From contig CP070645.1 in NCBI GenBank assembly GCA_020354275.1, forward strand, positions 1,372,788 through 1,412,793: a stretch of DNA of 40,006 nt. The letters are read 5' to 3'. This document shows, piece by piece, positions 21,133 through 29,945 of the stretch (within the stretch, counting starts at the first letter, position 1; the number at the start of each line of letters is the position of its first letter). This DNA comes from Dehalococcoidales bacterium. GTDB taxonomy: Bacteria > Chloroflexota > Dehalococcoidia > Dehalococcoidales > UBA2162. Position numbers and translations under genes: made by a program. The notes below the pieces were generated by a model. That model did not search any database, was not told where the DNA came from, and saw nothing but the letters and a program-made list of their open reading frames with translations.

Positions 21133-21256
21133 CGGGGCAGGCAGGCCTCTAAATGTGGGTAGTGAGAGTGGGTTAATAACCGTACAACGTTGATACGGCT
21201 GATTAAGTGAGAATGGTAGTCTAGGTAAAATATGAAAGTGGGGAAGGGATATTCCG

Positions 21257-21652
21257 GTGGCTAAGCAGAATTACTATCAAAAAACCGGCAGACGCAAGAC
21301 AGCGGTGGCTCAGGTGAGACTGACCGAGGGCGGTGGTGCCATTATCGTCAATGGTGTGCCCCATGAAGAGATGTTCCCCCGCCTCGCCCACCGCCAGGCG
21401 ATAGAAAGGCCCCTTATGCTTACCCAGAGCCAGGATAAGTACAGCGTTATGGTCAAGGTGGCCGGTGGTGGGGTAACAGGCCAGAGCGAGGCCATTGCCC
21501 ACGGTATTGCCCGGGCTCTGGTGGAGACCGATGAGAAGCTCAAGCCGGCACTGCGCCAGAACGGCCTGCTAACCAGGGACTCACGGGTCAAGGAGAGGAA
21601 GAAACCAGGTCTCAAGCGGGCCCGTAAAGCACCTCAGTACACCAAGCGGTAA
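21257..21652 (+). CDS. rpsI: 30S ribosomal protein S9
   Basis: GTG start. GRRKTAVAQVRL..G.G.I.VNG...ERKKPGLKRARKAPQYTKR. Confidence 0.96.
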   Translation: MAKQNYYQKTGRRKTAVAQVRLTEGGGAIIVNGVPHEEMFPRLAHRQAIERPLMLTQSQDKYSVMVKVAGGGVTGQSEAIAHGIARALVETDEKLKPALRQNGLLTRDSRVKERKKPGLKRARKAPQYTKR

Positions 21653-21699
21653 AGACATCAAGGCCTCAGGTAAACCAAGGATAATCCTGGAGTTGGAAC

Positions 21700-22158
21700 A
21701 TGGCTGACGAATTACCTCCTATGACTCTGAAGGCGATTGGTATTATCAGGAATGAGGTCAAGCAAGCACCGCCGGAGCGGGACTGGTGGCAGGATACCGT
21801 TTCTGAGATAGTGATTGAGCCTGGCTTGACCGATGCTCTGGAGGGGCTGGAGGATTTCTCCAACATAATTGTTCTATGGTAGATGCACCAACTAACCTCG
21901 GGGAAAATGCCACTGAGGGTTCACCCACGCGGTAGACAGGAGCTTCCGTTAAGAGGTATTTTTGCCGTAAGGACACCTAACAGACCCAATCGAATAGGGA
22001 AGGCCACCGTCAGATTAATAGAGATAGACGATAATATTCTAAAAGTGAAAGGTCTAGATGCCCTTGACGGCAGTCCGGTAATAGATATTAAACCCTACAT
22101 TCCGGGATATGATTCTGTAGATGAGGCAAGCGTGCCCCCGTGGATAACCAGTCGATAG
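21700..22158 (+). pseudogene. TrmO/TsaA (YaeB) family tRNA methyltransferase-like gene interrupted by one in-frame TAG (21880-21882); status uncertain (pseudogene, split gene or recoding)
   Basis: Track ORFs 21700..21882 and 21883..22158 share one frame. Joined, they read ...LEGLEDFSNIIVLW*MHQLT...IFAVRTPNRPNRIG...LDALDGSPVIDIKPYIPGYD, which is colinear with the whole YaeB/TrmO fold. Confidence 0.75.
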
Positions 22159-22814
22159 GCCAGAAGCTACACGATATTTATCACCAGATGATGTCTCGCT
22201 ACGGGCCGCAGTACTGGTGGCCAGCCGAAGAGCCGTTCGAGGTAATGGTCGGCGCCATACTCACCCAGTCGGCAGCCTGGCGGAATGTGGAGAAGGCGAT
22301 AGCCAATCTCAGGGCAACCGGAGTACTATCACCCCGGGCAATACGCCAACTGAGCCTATCAGAGTTGGCGGCTATAATCTACCCCAGCGGCTACTATAAT
22401 GCCAAGGCACGCAAGCTCAAGGCACTGGTTCAATGGCTCGGTGAGTACCAGGATAATCTGGATAATTTGTTTACCCACAGCACCGACCAGCTTCGGCAGG
22501 AGCTTCTTTCTGTCCATGGTGTTGGCGAGGAGACTGCCGATGCCATAATTCTATATACCGCTAACAAGCCGGTTTTTGTCATCGATGCCTATACCCGTCG
22601 TATTGTATACCGTCTCGGTTTGGCTCCAAAAGGTAAAAGCTACGCGGCTTACCAGGCGCTTTTCTCCGACAACCTGCCCGCTGACCCTGTTCTTTTCAAT
22701 GAGTACCATGCCCTGCTGGTCTGTCTGGGGAAGGATGTCTGCCGCCGCAACCCCCTTTGCCGGCAGTGTTGCCTTAGAGAAGACTGTGAATTCGGTGCCG
22801 TGTTTGACAGGTAG
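22140..22814 (+). CDS. Endonuclease III-related HhH-GPD base-excision glycosylase family protein with a C-terminal Cys cluster
   Basis: YGPQYWWPAEEPFEVMVGAILTQSAAWRNVEKAI. The HhH motif is LLSVHGVGEETADAIILY. The C-terminus has C-x5-C-x2-C-x5-C. The GTG start overlaps the previous ORF by 19 nt. Confidence 0.8.
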   Translation: MDNQSIGQKLHDIYHQMMSRYGPQYWWPAEEPFEVMVGAILTQSAAWRNVEKAIANLRATGVLSPRAIRQLSLSELAAIIYPSGYYNAKARKLKALVQWLGEYQDNLDNLFTHSTDQLRQELLSVHGVGEETADAIILYTANKPVFVIDAYTRRIVYRLGLAPKGKSYAAYQALFSDNLPADPVLFNEYHALLVCLGKDVCRRNPLCRQCCLREDCEFGAVFDR

Positions 22815-22844
22815 GAGGTAATTCTATATCATAACGGTGGGAAA

Positions 22845-23408
22845 TTGCTTATTGGACTGATTTCAGACACTCATATTGACTATCCCAGTGCCAGTCTGCC
22901 CCCTCAGGTGAAAGAGGCTTTCCAGGGGGTTGATTTGATTTTGCATGCCGGTGACATCTGGATTCCATCGGTACTGGATGACCTGGAGACAGTTGCCCCG
23001 GTAATGGCTGCCTGGGGTGACGACGACATGGAGATGGACCTGGGTAAAGATGACCGGATGATGTCCGGCCATAGCCTTCTTCTCGATGGGGTCAATGTCT
23101 GGTTGACACACATCAAACCCCGCTATGGGCTTATTAACCCCAATGAGATGCTGTACAAGTTTGCCTTCCAGCCCAGTCCTGAAGACCCGGTCGACCCCGA
23201 TAGCATCCCTGATGTTGTCGTCTTCGGGCATACTCACATCAGCTCAATGGAGTACTATAAAGTGGCTAATAGTAATGACTATAAAAATGTTCTATTAGTC
23301 AATCCTGGCAGTGCCACCTTCCCCGCCTATATACCGCAGTTAGGCACTGTGGCCATACTGACCATTGATTCCGGCAAGGTTGATGTACGAATCGTATCCC
23401 TCAAATAG
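22845..23408 (+). CDS. Metallophosphoesterase family protein (YfcE/MJ0936-like)
   Basis: TTG start. The motifs are LISDTH, LHAGDI and FGHTH. Confidence 0.75.
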   Translation: MLIGLISDTHIDYPSASLPPQVKEAFQGVDLILHAGDIWIPSVLDDLETVAPVMAAWGDDDMEMDLGKDDRMMSGHSLLLDGVNVWLTHIKPRYGLINPNEMLYKFAFQPSPEDPVDPDSIPDVVVFGHTHISSMEYYKVANSNDYKNVLLVNPGSATFPAYIPQLGTVAILTIDSGKVDVRIVSLK

Positions 23409-23505
23409 ACGGCCAGTGCCCTTTATTTTCTTTTCCCCAAATAGTCCCGCCTGTTTTTCAGTAATCTTATGCTTATTAGCACGCTTTGCCTTCGCATGTA
23501 GAGTC

Positions 23506-23534
23506 TTGACGCCAGTCAACGGGTTGGTTAAGAT
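23506..23534 (+). promoter_or_regulatory. Candidate promoter for the crotonase/ligase operon (TTGACG-17-TAAGAT)
   Basis: TTGACG lies at 23506-23511 and TAAGAT at 23529-23534. The -35 sits inside a small inverted repeat, TTGAC-gcca-GTCAA. Confidence 0.4.
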
Positions 23535-23591
23535 AGGTTTTGGTTTCTATGCTGGTCGTTCCGGTAGTTATTGAGGGAGAGAGCTGTAATT

Positions 23592-24380
23592 ATGGGCTAC
23601 ACAACTATTACCTATACTGAAAAAGAACATATTGCCCATATAGTCCTCAACCGGCCCTATGCGGGTAACTCCATCAACCAGCAGCTTGCCCAGGAGTTAG
23701 AGGAAGCCTGCCGCGAGATAAATCAGGACGGGGCGGTATACGTCGTTACCATTACCGGGGCAGGCAACGAGGCTTTCTGTAGCGGCAGCGAGATTGAGCA
23801 GTTGCTTCAGAGTGGCAGTGACGTTACCGATGCATATTATTCGGCTTTAGCCCGATTGAATGTTGCTGCGGCGGTGGCAAGTATTGACCGGCCGGTTCTG
23901 GCCGCCATTAACGGGGATGCCATAGTGCAGGGGCTGGAACTGGCTTTGAGCTGTGATATTAGACTGGCCGCATCCGGGGCACGGTTTGGCTTTCCTCAGG
24001 TGGCGTCGGGGATTATCCCCATGGCGGGCGGGACACAACGGTTGCCCCGCCTGATCGGTAAAGGAAAAGCACTGGAGTTGATCCTTACCGCCGAAACAAT
24101 CAGCGCCGAGGAAGCCCTGGCTATAGGCTTGGTCAGCCAGGTTTTCCCTGGAGAAGCCCTGGCTGCTGAAGTTGAGTCTTTGGCCAGGACCATGGCCGAA
24201 AAGGCGCCCATATCCCTGAGGTACGTTAAGGAAGCGGTTAACAAGGGCATGGACCTGACCCTGGAGCAGGGTCTGCACCTGGAGGCCGATCTTTATTGCC
24301 TGTTGCAGACCACTGGTGACCGGACGGAAGGAATTAACGCCTTTCTGGAGAAAAGATCACCACAGTTCAAGGGTGAGTAG
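23592..24380 (+). CDS. Enoyl-CoA hydratase/isomerase (crotonase) superfamily protein, atypical active site
   Basis: ATG at 23592 gives MGYTTITYTEKEHIAHIVLNRP. The core reads GLELALSCDIRLAA...FGFPQVASGIIPMAGGTQRLPRLIG, with Gln at the position of the second catalytic Glu. Confidence 0.88.
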   Translation: MGYTTITYTEKEHIAHIVLNRPYAGNSINQQLAQELEEACREINQDGAVYVVTITGAGNEAFCSGSEIEQLLQSGSDVTDAYYSALARLNVAAAVASIDRPVLAAINGDAIVQGLELALSCDIRLAASGARFGFPQVASGIIPMAGGTQRLPRLIGKGKALELILTAETISAEEALAIGLVSQVFPGEALAAEVESLARTMAEKAPISLRYVKEAVNKGMDLTLEQGLHLEADLYCLLQTTGDRTEGINAFLEKRSPQFKGE

Positions 24381-24475
24381 TAACTACCGGAGACTGTATT
24401 TAACTTTTTTAGAGATAGACAGTAAAGGATTTGACAGGGTTCCGGGATGGCCAAGTGTAGAGTGGGGTAGTCCTG

Positions 24476-25219
24476 ATGGATACTTTTATAACAATCATCT
24501 ATGAGAAGCAGGATGAGATAGCTTATGTAACCCTCAACCGGCCCGATGTTTTAAATGTGTATAATATGCAGATGAGGGACGAGCTTTTTCAGGTGCTGGC
24601 GGCGATCAGGGATGACCCGGAGGTCAGGGCGGTTATTTTCCAAGGTGCCGGGGAGAGGGCTTTCTGTGCCGGTGCTGACCTGTCCGAATTCTTGACGGCC
24701 CCTTCGCCGACAATTGCCCGGCAGGTGCGGTGGGAGCGTGATGTCTGGGGACTTTTTCTGAGTATTCCCCAACTGTTAATTGCTGCCCTGCACGGGTACG
24801 TTCTCGGTGATGGCCTGGAGATGGCCCTGTGCTGCGATATCAGAATAGCCTCCGAAGATGTCCGTATGGGTGCTCCGGAGGCGGGGCTGGGTATTATTCC
24901 GGCGGCCGGTGGTAGCCAGACCCTGCCCCGTACCATTGGCAGAGCTCCCGCCCTGGATATGTTGCTTACCGGGCGCTGGGTTACGGCCGAGGAAGCCTGT
25001 CGCCTGGGACTGGTCAATAAGGTCGTACCCCGAGGAGAATTGTTATCGTCGGCGGAGAGAGTGGCCAATCGAATTAAGGGTTATGACCCGGCAGCTGTTA
25101 AATCTGCCAAGCAGGCGGTTAACCGGGGGCTTGACTTGAGCCTGCTGGAGGGCTTGGAGCTTGAGGCCAGGCTCGGGAGTTCGTTGCTGGTATCACAGGT
25201 GGATAGAAAAAGAGATTAG
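24476..25219 (+). CDS. Enoyl-CoA hydratase/isomerase (crotonase) family protein
   Basis: IAYVTLNRPDVLNV...GAGERAFCAGADL...GLEMALCCDIRIAS...GAPEAGLGIIPAAGGSQTLPR. Both catalytic Glu positions are present. Confidence 0.9.
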   Translation: MDTFITIIYEKQDEIAYVTLNRPDVLNVYNMQMRDELFQVLAAIRDDPEVRAVIFQGAGERAFCAGADLSEFLTAPSPTIARQVRWERDVWGLFLSIPQLLIAALHGYVLGDGLEMALCCDIRIASEDVRMGAPEAGLGIIPAAGGSQTLPRTIGRAPALDMLLTGRWVTAEEACRLGLVNKVVPRGELLSSAERVANRIKGYDPAAVKSAKQAVNRGLDLSLLEGLELEARLGSSLLVSQVDRKRD

Positions 25220-25236
25220 ATTGAACAGGAGGAAAA

Positions 25237-26793
25237 ATGAATACCACGGAATTTCTCACCATTGCTACGGCAATATGCCCTGACAAGGAAGTGATTGTCT
25301 TTGAAGGGAAAAGACTGACCTACAGCCAGCTGGATGAAAGGGTTAACCGGCTGGGTAATGCCCTCTTAGGACTAGGTGTGCAGAAAGGCGACAGAGTGGC
25401 TACATTGCAGGTAAATTGTAGCCAGTGCGTTGAAATCTATTTTGCCGTTGCCAGGATTGGGGCTATTTTTGTACCGTTGAACTTCAGAGCCAAGGGGAAC
25501 GAGCTGACCTATATGCTCAATAGTTCTGAAGCCAATACGCTGTTTGTCGGCGAACGTTACGTTGACCTGGTCAACTCAATAAAACCGGAACTGCCCCATC
25601 TTAAAAACCTTATTGCTATCGATGGTAAAACTGAAGGTATGCTTTATTACGAAGACATACTGGCAGCTGCTTCCGCCGATGAAATATTCACTGATATTGA
25701 TGATGAAGATACCAGCATACTGATGTACACCGCCGGCACTACTGGGTTTCCCAAGGGAGTGATGCTTTCACACAACAGCTTTTCAGTTTATGTGCTGGAG
25801 AATGTCAGCCCGGCAGACCCTGAGACCGAAGAGAAGAACGTCCTCACCGTTCCTCTATACCATGTTGCTGGGATTCAGGCGATGATGGCCGCCGTGTATG
25901 GAGGGCGGACCCTGGTAATGCAGCGGCAGTTTGAGCCTGGTGAGTGGATGGAGCTGGTGGAAAAGGAGAAAGTAGGCCGGGCAATGATGGTTCCCACCAT
26001 GCTCAAGCAGTTGATGGACCACCCCGACTTCAGCAAGCGCGACCTGAGCAGCATGCAGGTCATAACCTACGGCGCCGCCCCGATGCCTCCCGAAGTGATT
26101 AAGAAGGCGGTAGAGCTTTTCCCGGGGGTCAGTTTTATCAATGCCTTCGGGCAGACGGAAACAGCTTCCACCATTACCACTCTAGGGCCTGAAGACCATA
26201 TGATTACCGGCACCGGAGAGGAGCTTGAGAAGAAACTGAAGCGGCTTTCCTCTATCGGCAGGCCGATGTCGGACGTTGAAATGCGGGTGGTTGACGAAGA
26301 GGGTAACCCGCTACCACCCAATGAGGTGGGTGAAATTGTTGCCCGCGGGCCCAGGGTAATGAGCGGTTACTGGAAGGACGAGGAAAAGACGGAGAAAACC
26401 ATTGATAAGGACGGCTGGGTCCACACCGGCGATATGGGTTATGTTGATGAGGACGGCTACTACTTCCTGGCGGGGAGGGCTACCGATATGATTATTCGGG
26501 GGGGAGAAAATATCTCTCCTGAAGAAGTGGAAACGGTATTGAGTTCTTATCCCAAGATTGATGAGGTGGCCGTAATCGGTATCAATGACGAGGAGTGGGG
26601 TGAAGTACCCATGGCGGTAGTGGTGCTTAAAGAAGCGGGGTCAGCTACCCCTGAGGAGATAATGGAATACTGCCGGGTAAATCTGGCCAGCTTCAAGAGG
26701 CCCAGGAGCGTGGTTTTTGTCGATGAGCTACCGCGTAACCCGATGGGCAAGGTCTTAAAACGGGTATTACGCGAACAGTACGGGGAAAATTAA
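25237..26793 (+). CDS. AMP-dependent acyl-CoA synthetase/ligase (ANL superfamily)
   Basis: MYTAGTTGFPKGVMLSH is the AMP-binding motif. Also GYWKDEEKT and HTGDMGYVDEDGYYFLAGRATDMIIRGGENISPEEVE. Strong AGGAGG SD. Confidence 0.92.
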   Translation: MNTTEFLTIATAICPDKEVIVFEGKRLTYSQLDERVNRLGNALLGLGVQKGDRVATLQVNCSQCVEIYFAVARIGAIFVPLNFRAKGNELTYMLNSSEANTLFVGERYVDLVNSIKPELPHLKNLIAIDGKTEGMLYYEDILAAASADEIFTDIDDEDTSILMYTAGTTGFPKGVMLSHNSFSVYVLENVSPADPETEEKNVLTVPLYHVAGIQAMMAAVYGGRTLVMQRQFEPGEWMELVEKEKVGRAMMVPTMLKQLMDHPDFSKRDLSSMQVITYGAAPMPPEVIKKAVELFPGVSFINAFGQTETASTITTLGPEDHMITGTGEELEKKLKRLSSIGRPMSDVEMRVVDEEGNPLPPNEVGEIVARGPRVMSGYWKDEEKTEKTIDKDGWVHTGDMGYVDEDGYYFLAGRATDMIIRGGENISPEEVETVLSSYPKIDEVAVIGINDEEWGEVPMAVVVLKEAGSATPEEIMEYCRVNLASFKRPRSVVFVDELPRNPMGKVLKRVLREQYGEN

Positions 26794-26857
26794 AAACCTG
26801 ACCGGCTCCTTTAGTGTAATCTGACTATGTCAGAGAACTGATAGATACCTGCCTTGT

Positions 26858-27442
26858 TCACAGGTCCAGGTACCAGATTAACATGGTTTCGTGCGCAATG
26901 GAAGGTTCGCTGGCATAGGCGTAGCGGTTTATCTCCCCCAGCCGGCACCCCTGCCGTACATAGAACCGGCAGGCGGGTACATTGATATTCTGCGTTTCTA
27001 CTTTAAGCTGGTGGCAGCCTTTCTCCTCTGACCATTTCACGGCTTCGGTAAACAGCTTTGTGCCGATTCCCGAACGCCGGTAGTCGGGATGGATACGCAG
27101 GTCCCAGAGTGCTGCCAGGTCGTCTCTGCCATTGAGCATGTTTACTCCCGGAGTCCTGAAGGCTAAGGTGGCACCGCCGACAGGGTTATTATCCTTCCAG
27201 GCCAGGAATATCGCCCAGTTACTGATATCAAATACCTTGGGAAACCTGGTTGGGCCTTCTCCGTTATCCTTATCATAGTCCTTAATATAGGGTGGTTTAA
27301 CGCTCTCCTCATGAAGAGCGATACCGTTAAAGCCGTCATTTAGCAGTTCTACCCTGAGTTGTGACTTGACCTCAAAGCTGATGGGAATAGTCGAATATTC
27401 GGGTAATGATTCGGCATCAACTAGCCTGATATCCAATTCCAT
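26858..27442 (-). CDS. GNAT family N-acetyltransferase (streptothricin-acetyltransferase-like architecture)
   Basis: The acetyl-CoA motif is RRSGIGTKLF. The C-terminus, KVETQNINVPACRFYVRQGCRLGEI...ETMLIWY, resembles Sat/NAT-type enzymes. The subfamily call is tentative. Confidence 0.7.
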   Translation of the reverse strand: MELDIRLVDAESLPEYSTIPISFEVKSQLRVELLNDGFNGIALHEESVKPPYIKDYDKDNGEGPTRFPKVFDISNWAIFLAWKDNNPVGGATLAFRTPGVNMLNGRDDLAALWDLRIHPDYRRSGIGTKLFTEAVKWSEEKGCHQLKVETQNINVPACRFYVRQGCRLGEINRYAYASEPSIAHETMLIWYLDL

Positions 27443-27525
27443 AGTTTTGTACTCATAAACCGTCTATTGAGGATGCGATAACCTGTATTTAAAGAGTATG
27501 TTGCGGCTCATCTGGTATAAGATTG

Positions 27526-28254
27526 TTAGCCGTCTTTGGGCTTTTCCTCTGTCTCAGGGGGTTGTTTTGTTGAATTTACCTCGGGACGGGGCTGATTTAT
27601 CCAGGCCTTTCTGTCCCAGATATCCCGGTCGAAAAGCATCCGGTTAATCATGACTTGTGCTGTCGGCACTGATTGGCTGAGAGGAGTCCTGGACGCTATT
27701 AACCTCCTAAATATCCCCATCAATGCCAGTATTGTTAGGCCTAGCGTGATAGGTAATCTGTCCTCAATGTCCAGCGGCTGGCTGAGGAACCAGCTGAAAA
27801 AGGGTAAAGAGAGCAGGGTAATAAATACCCCCAGTGATACCTGTCTTATTGGCGCCAGCAGGTAAGGCATCACCAGGACTATCAATCCCAGCTTGGGGGA
27901 CAGCATGGTAATGACGCCCAGGCTGGTAAAAACACCCCGCCCCCCTTTGAATTGCAGGAATACCGGCCAGTTGTGGCCGATAATGGTGCAAATACCAACC
28001 GTTACCTGTTGCGCCGCCCCGAGTCCGAGTACTTGGGCCAGCCATACCGCGAAAGCCCCCTTGCCGATATCGAAAAGGGTGACCGGGATCGACCACCATC
28101 GTGACACAGCGGCCAGTACGTTGGCGGCACCGACATTGCCACTGCCGTACTGCCTGATGTCGATCCCACGCCGCCACCGGGCGATAATATAAGCGGCCGG
28201 CACTGAACCCAGTAGATAAGACCCAATAATTAGTAGGATAAATTTAATGACCAT
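27526..28254 (-). CDS. plsY: Glycerol-3-phosphate acyltransferase PlsY
   Basis: GSYLLGSVPAAYIIAR...GSGNVGAANV...GHNWPVFLQFKGGRGV, followed by a hydrophilic C-terminal extension of about 45 aa. Confidence 0.93.
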   Translation of the reverse strand: MVIKFILLIIGSYLLGSVPAAYIIARWRRGIDIRQYGSGNVGAANVLAAVSRWWSIPVTLFDIGKGAFAVWLAQVLGLGAAQQVTVGICTIIGHNWPVFLQFKGGRGVFTSLGVITMLSPKLGLIVLVMPYLLAPIRQVSLGVFITLLSLPFFSWFLSQPLDIEDRLPITLGLTILALMGIFRRLIASRTPLSQSVPTAQVMINRMLFDRDIWDRKAWINQPRPEVNSTKQPPETEEKPKDG

Positions 28255-28269
28255 TACTCCCCCCCCTGA

Positions 28270-29121
28270 TTACCGGCTAGTCTCTTTAAATGATGGTTTT
28301 ACCGCCTGGTTAATCAGTTGCTCGGTGGATTCTAAAGGGACGTCCACTTCGCCCATCATAGTCTCTGTGCTGGGATCCAGACCGTGGTAGTCGCTACCAC
28401 CGGTGGCGATAAGGTTGTATTTATTAGCCAGATTGGCCAGGGCTTTCCTTTCTTCTGCCGTATAGTCTTTATAGTAGACCTCCATGCCTACCAGACCGCC
28501 TTCCGTCAATTCGGCAATCACTGTTTCCGGCTCATCAATGGTTAAGGGGTGCCCCAGAACCGGGAGGCCGTTAATCTTTAATATCAGCCTGGTTGCCTCT
28601 AGGGGTGTCACCTTGGCTCGCTCCACGTAGGCTGGCCCTCCCCATCTGATATATTCGTCAAAAGCCTCTTTGATCGATGCTATGTAGCCCTTCTCCAGCA
28701 TGGCCTGGGCGATGTGGGGACGACCGATAGAGCCACCGCCGGCTATTTCTGTGACCCGATGCCATTCTACAGGCATACCCAGGTCTTTCAGCCGGGCAAT
28801 AATTGCTTGGCCCTGCTCGCGGCGGGAATCACGCATCCTGCTCAGGGTGGCCAGTAACTCAGGGTGGGTGTAATCAATGAAGTAACCCAGCACGTGGACT
28901 TCACCCTTGGGGACAAAGGTGCTGATTTCTATACCCGGTATCACTCTCAGCCGGGGGTATCGCTGAGCTGCTTCCAGGGCGGGAGCAATGCCGTCTACAG
29001 AATCGTGGTCGGTTATAGCAATAACCGATAATCCGGCTTCGGCTGCTCTGCGGACAATTTCCTCCGGACTAAACTTGCCATCAGATGCGGTGGAGTGTAT
29101 ATGAAGGTCTACACCTGCCAC
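28270..29121 (-). CDS. PHP-domain phosphoesterase (TrpH/YciV-like)
   Basis: VDLHIHSTASDGKFSPEEIV..A...GLSVIAITDHDSVDG...GGSDYHG. Confidence 0.85.
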   Translation of the reverse strand: MAGVDLHIHSTASDGKFSPEEIVRRAAEAGLSVIAITDHDSVDGIAPALEAAQRYPRLRVIPGIEISTFVPKGEVHVLGYFIDYTHPELLATLSRMRDSRREQGQAIIARLKDLGMPVEWHRVTEIAGGGSIGRPHIAQAMLEKGYIASIKEAFDEYIRWGGPAYVERAKVTPLEATRLILKINGLPVLGHPLTIDEPETVIAELTEGGLVGMEVYYKDYTAEERKALANLANKYNLIATGGSDYHGLDPSTETMMGEVDVPLESTEQLINQAVKPSFKETSR

Positions 29122-29123
29122 AG

Positions 29124-29888
29124 CTACTCTACCTCCCGGCAGATGCGGTCAATACTCATAGCCTTACCGCTGTCAGCATCCACCCTGACCAGAACTGCGT
29201 TGAAGGTTACCGTGCCTTTGCCTACCGATAAACGGTGGGGAAGTGCCGTCAGGAAGCGTTGCAACACGTTGTCGGCGTCGTCACCGATGATCGAGTTGGT
29301 CGGGCCGGTCATGCCGATATCGGTGACATAGGCAGTCCCCTGGGGTAGCACTATGGTATCGATAGTCCCTACGTGAGTGTGGGTGCCAAGCACGGCGCTG
29401 ACCCGCCCGTCTAGGTATCTACCCATAGCCACCTTTTCCGATGTTGCCTCGGCGTGGAAATCGACGATAATAACCTTGGGCTCCTGCTGGAGTTCCAGCA
29501 AGCTGTCCATAGCCCGGAAGGGGCAATCGTAATTGCCCATAAAGGTCCTCCCGATTAGGTTGACTACCATGGTTGACCCCGAAATAATATAACCTTTACC
29601 AGAGACCCCCGGCGGATAATTCAGCGGCCGCAGGATAGGCATTTCGCTATCAAGGAACGGGAAGATTTCTTTCTGGGCCCATATATGGTTGCCCGAGGTC
29701 AGCACGTCGGCACCGGCATTTATAATTTCGGTGGCCGTCTCCGGTGTTGCCCCGAAACCACCGGCAATATTCTCTATGTTGGCTATAACCAGGTCTGGCC
29801 CGTATTGTTCTTTCAGACCGGGTAATAGCTTTTGTACTGCCTGCCTTCCTGGACGGCCAATTATGTCACCAATGGCTAGTATCAGCAC
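29124..29888 (-). CDS. ymdB: YmdB-family metallophosphoesterase (2',3'-cyclic-nucleotide 2'-phosphodiesterase-like)
   Basis: GTG start. (M)LILAIGDIIGRPGRQAV aligns with B. subtilis YmdB MRILFIGDVVG. Also GNHIW and DFHAEATSEK. It lies directly downstream of rny, as in Bacillus. Confidence 0.9.
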   Translation of the reverse strand: MLILAIGDIIGRPGRQAVQKLLPGLKEQYGPDLVIANIENIAGGFGATPETATEIINAGADVLTSGNHIWAQKEIFPFLDSEMPILRPLNYPPGVSGKGYIISGSTMVVNLIGRTFMGNYDCPFRAMDSLLELQQEPKVIIVDFHAEATSEKVAMGRYLDGRVSAVLGTHTHVGTIDTIVLPQGTAYVTDIGMTGPTNSIIGDDADNVLQRFLTALPHRLSVGKGTVTFNAVLVRVDADSGKAMSIDRICREVE

Positions 29889-29945
29889 CGGTTCTTATAC
29901 AGGGCAGTTGCTTTGTGAGGACCATTTCTCTGCCCCTGATACCTC

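Noticed and set aside
21880-21882. The TAG in the TrmO gene could be read as pyrrolysine or another programmed recoding event.
   Set aside because: Nothing in this window (no pyl genes, no tRNA-CUA, no recoding structure that I can see) supports it. It is kept only as an option to test under the TrmO finding.
4169-23591. The ORF track gives longer N-terminal starts for rpsJ (4169), rplW (5763), rpsZ (10920), secY (13657) and crotonase 1 (23571).
   Set aside because: The extensions lie inside the preceding genes or lack an SD, and they add residues not homologous to the families. Internal starts give canonical N-termini with proper SD spacing.
27764-28226. Alternate-frame ORFs lie within plsY (27764..28177, 27893..28192, 28002..28226).
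   Set aside because: The PlsY frame carries the diagnostic motifs. The others are Arg/Gly/Pro-rich out-of-frame artefacts.
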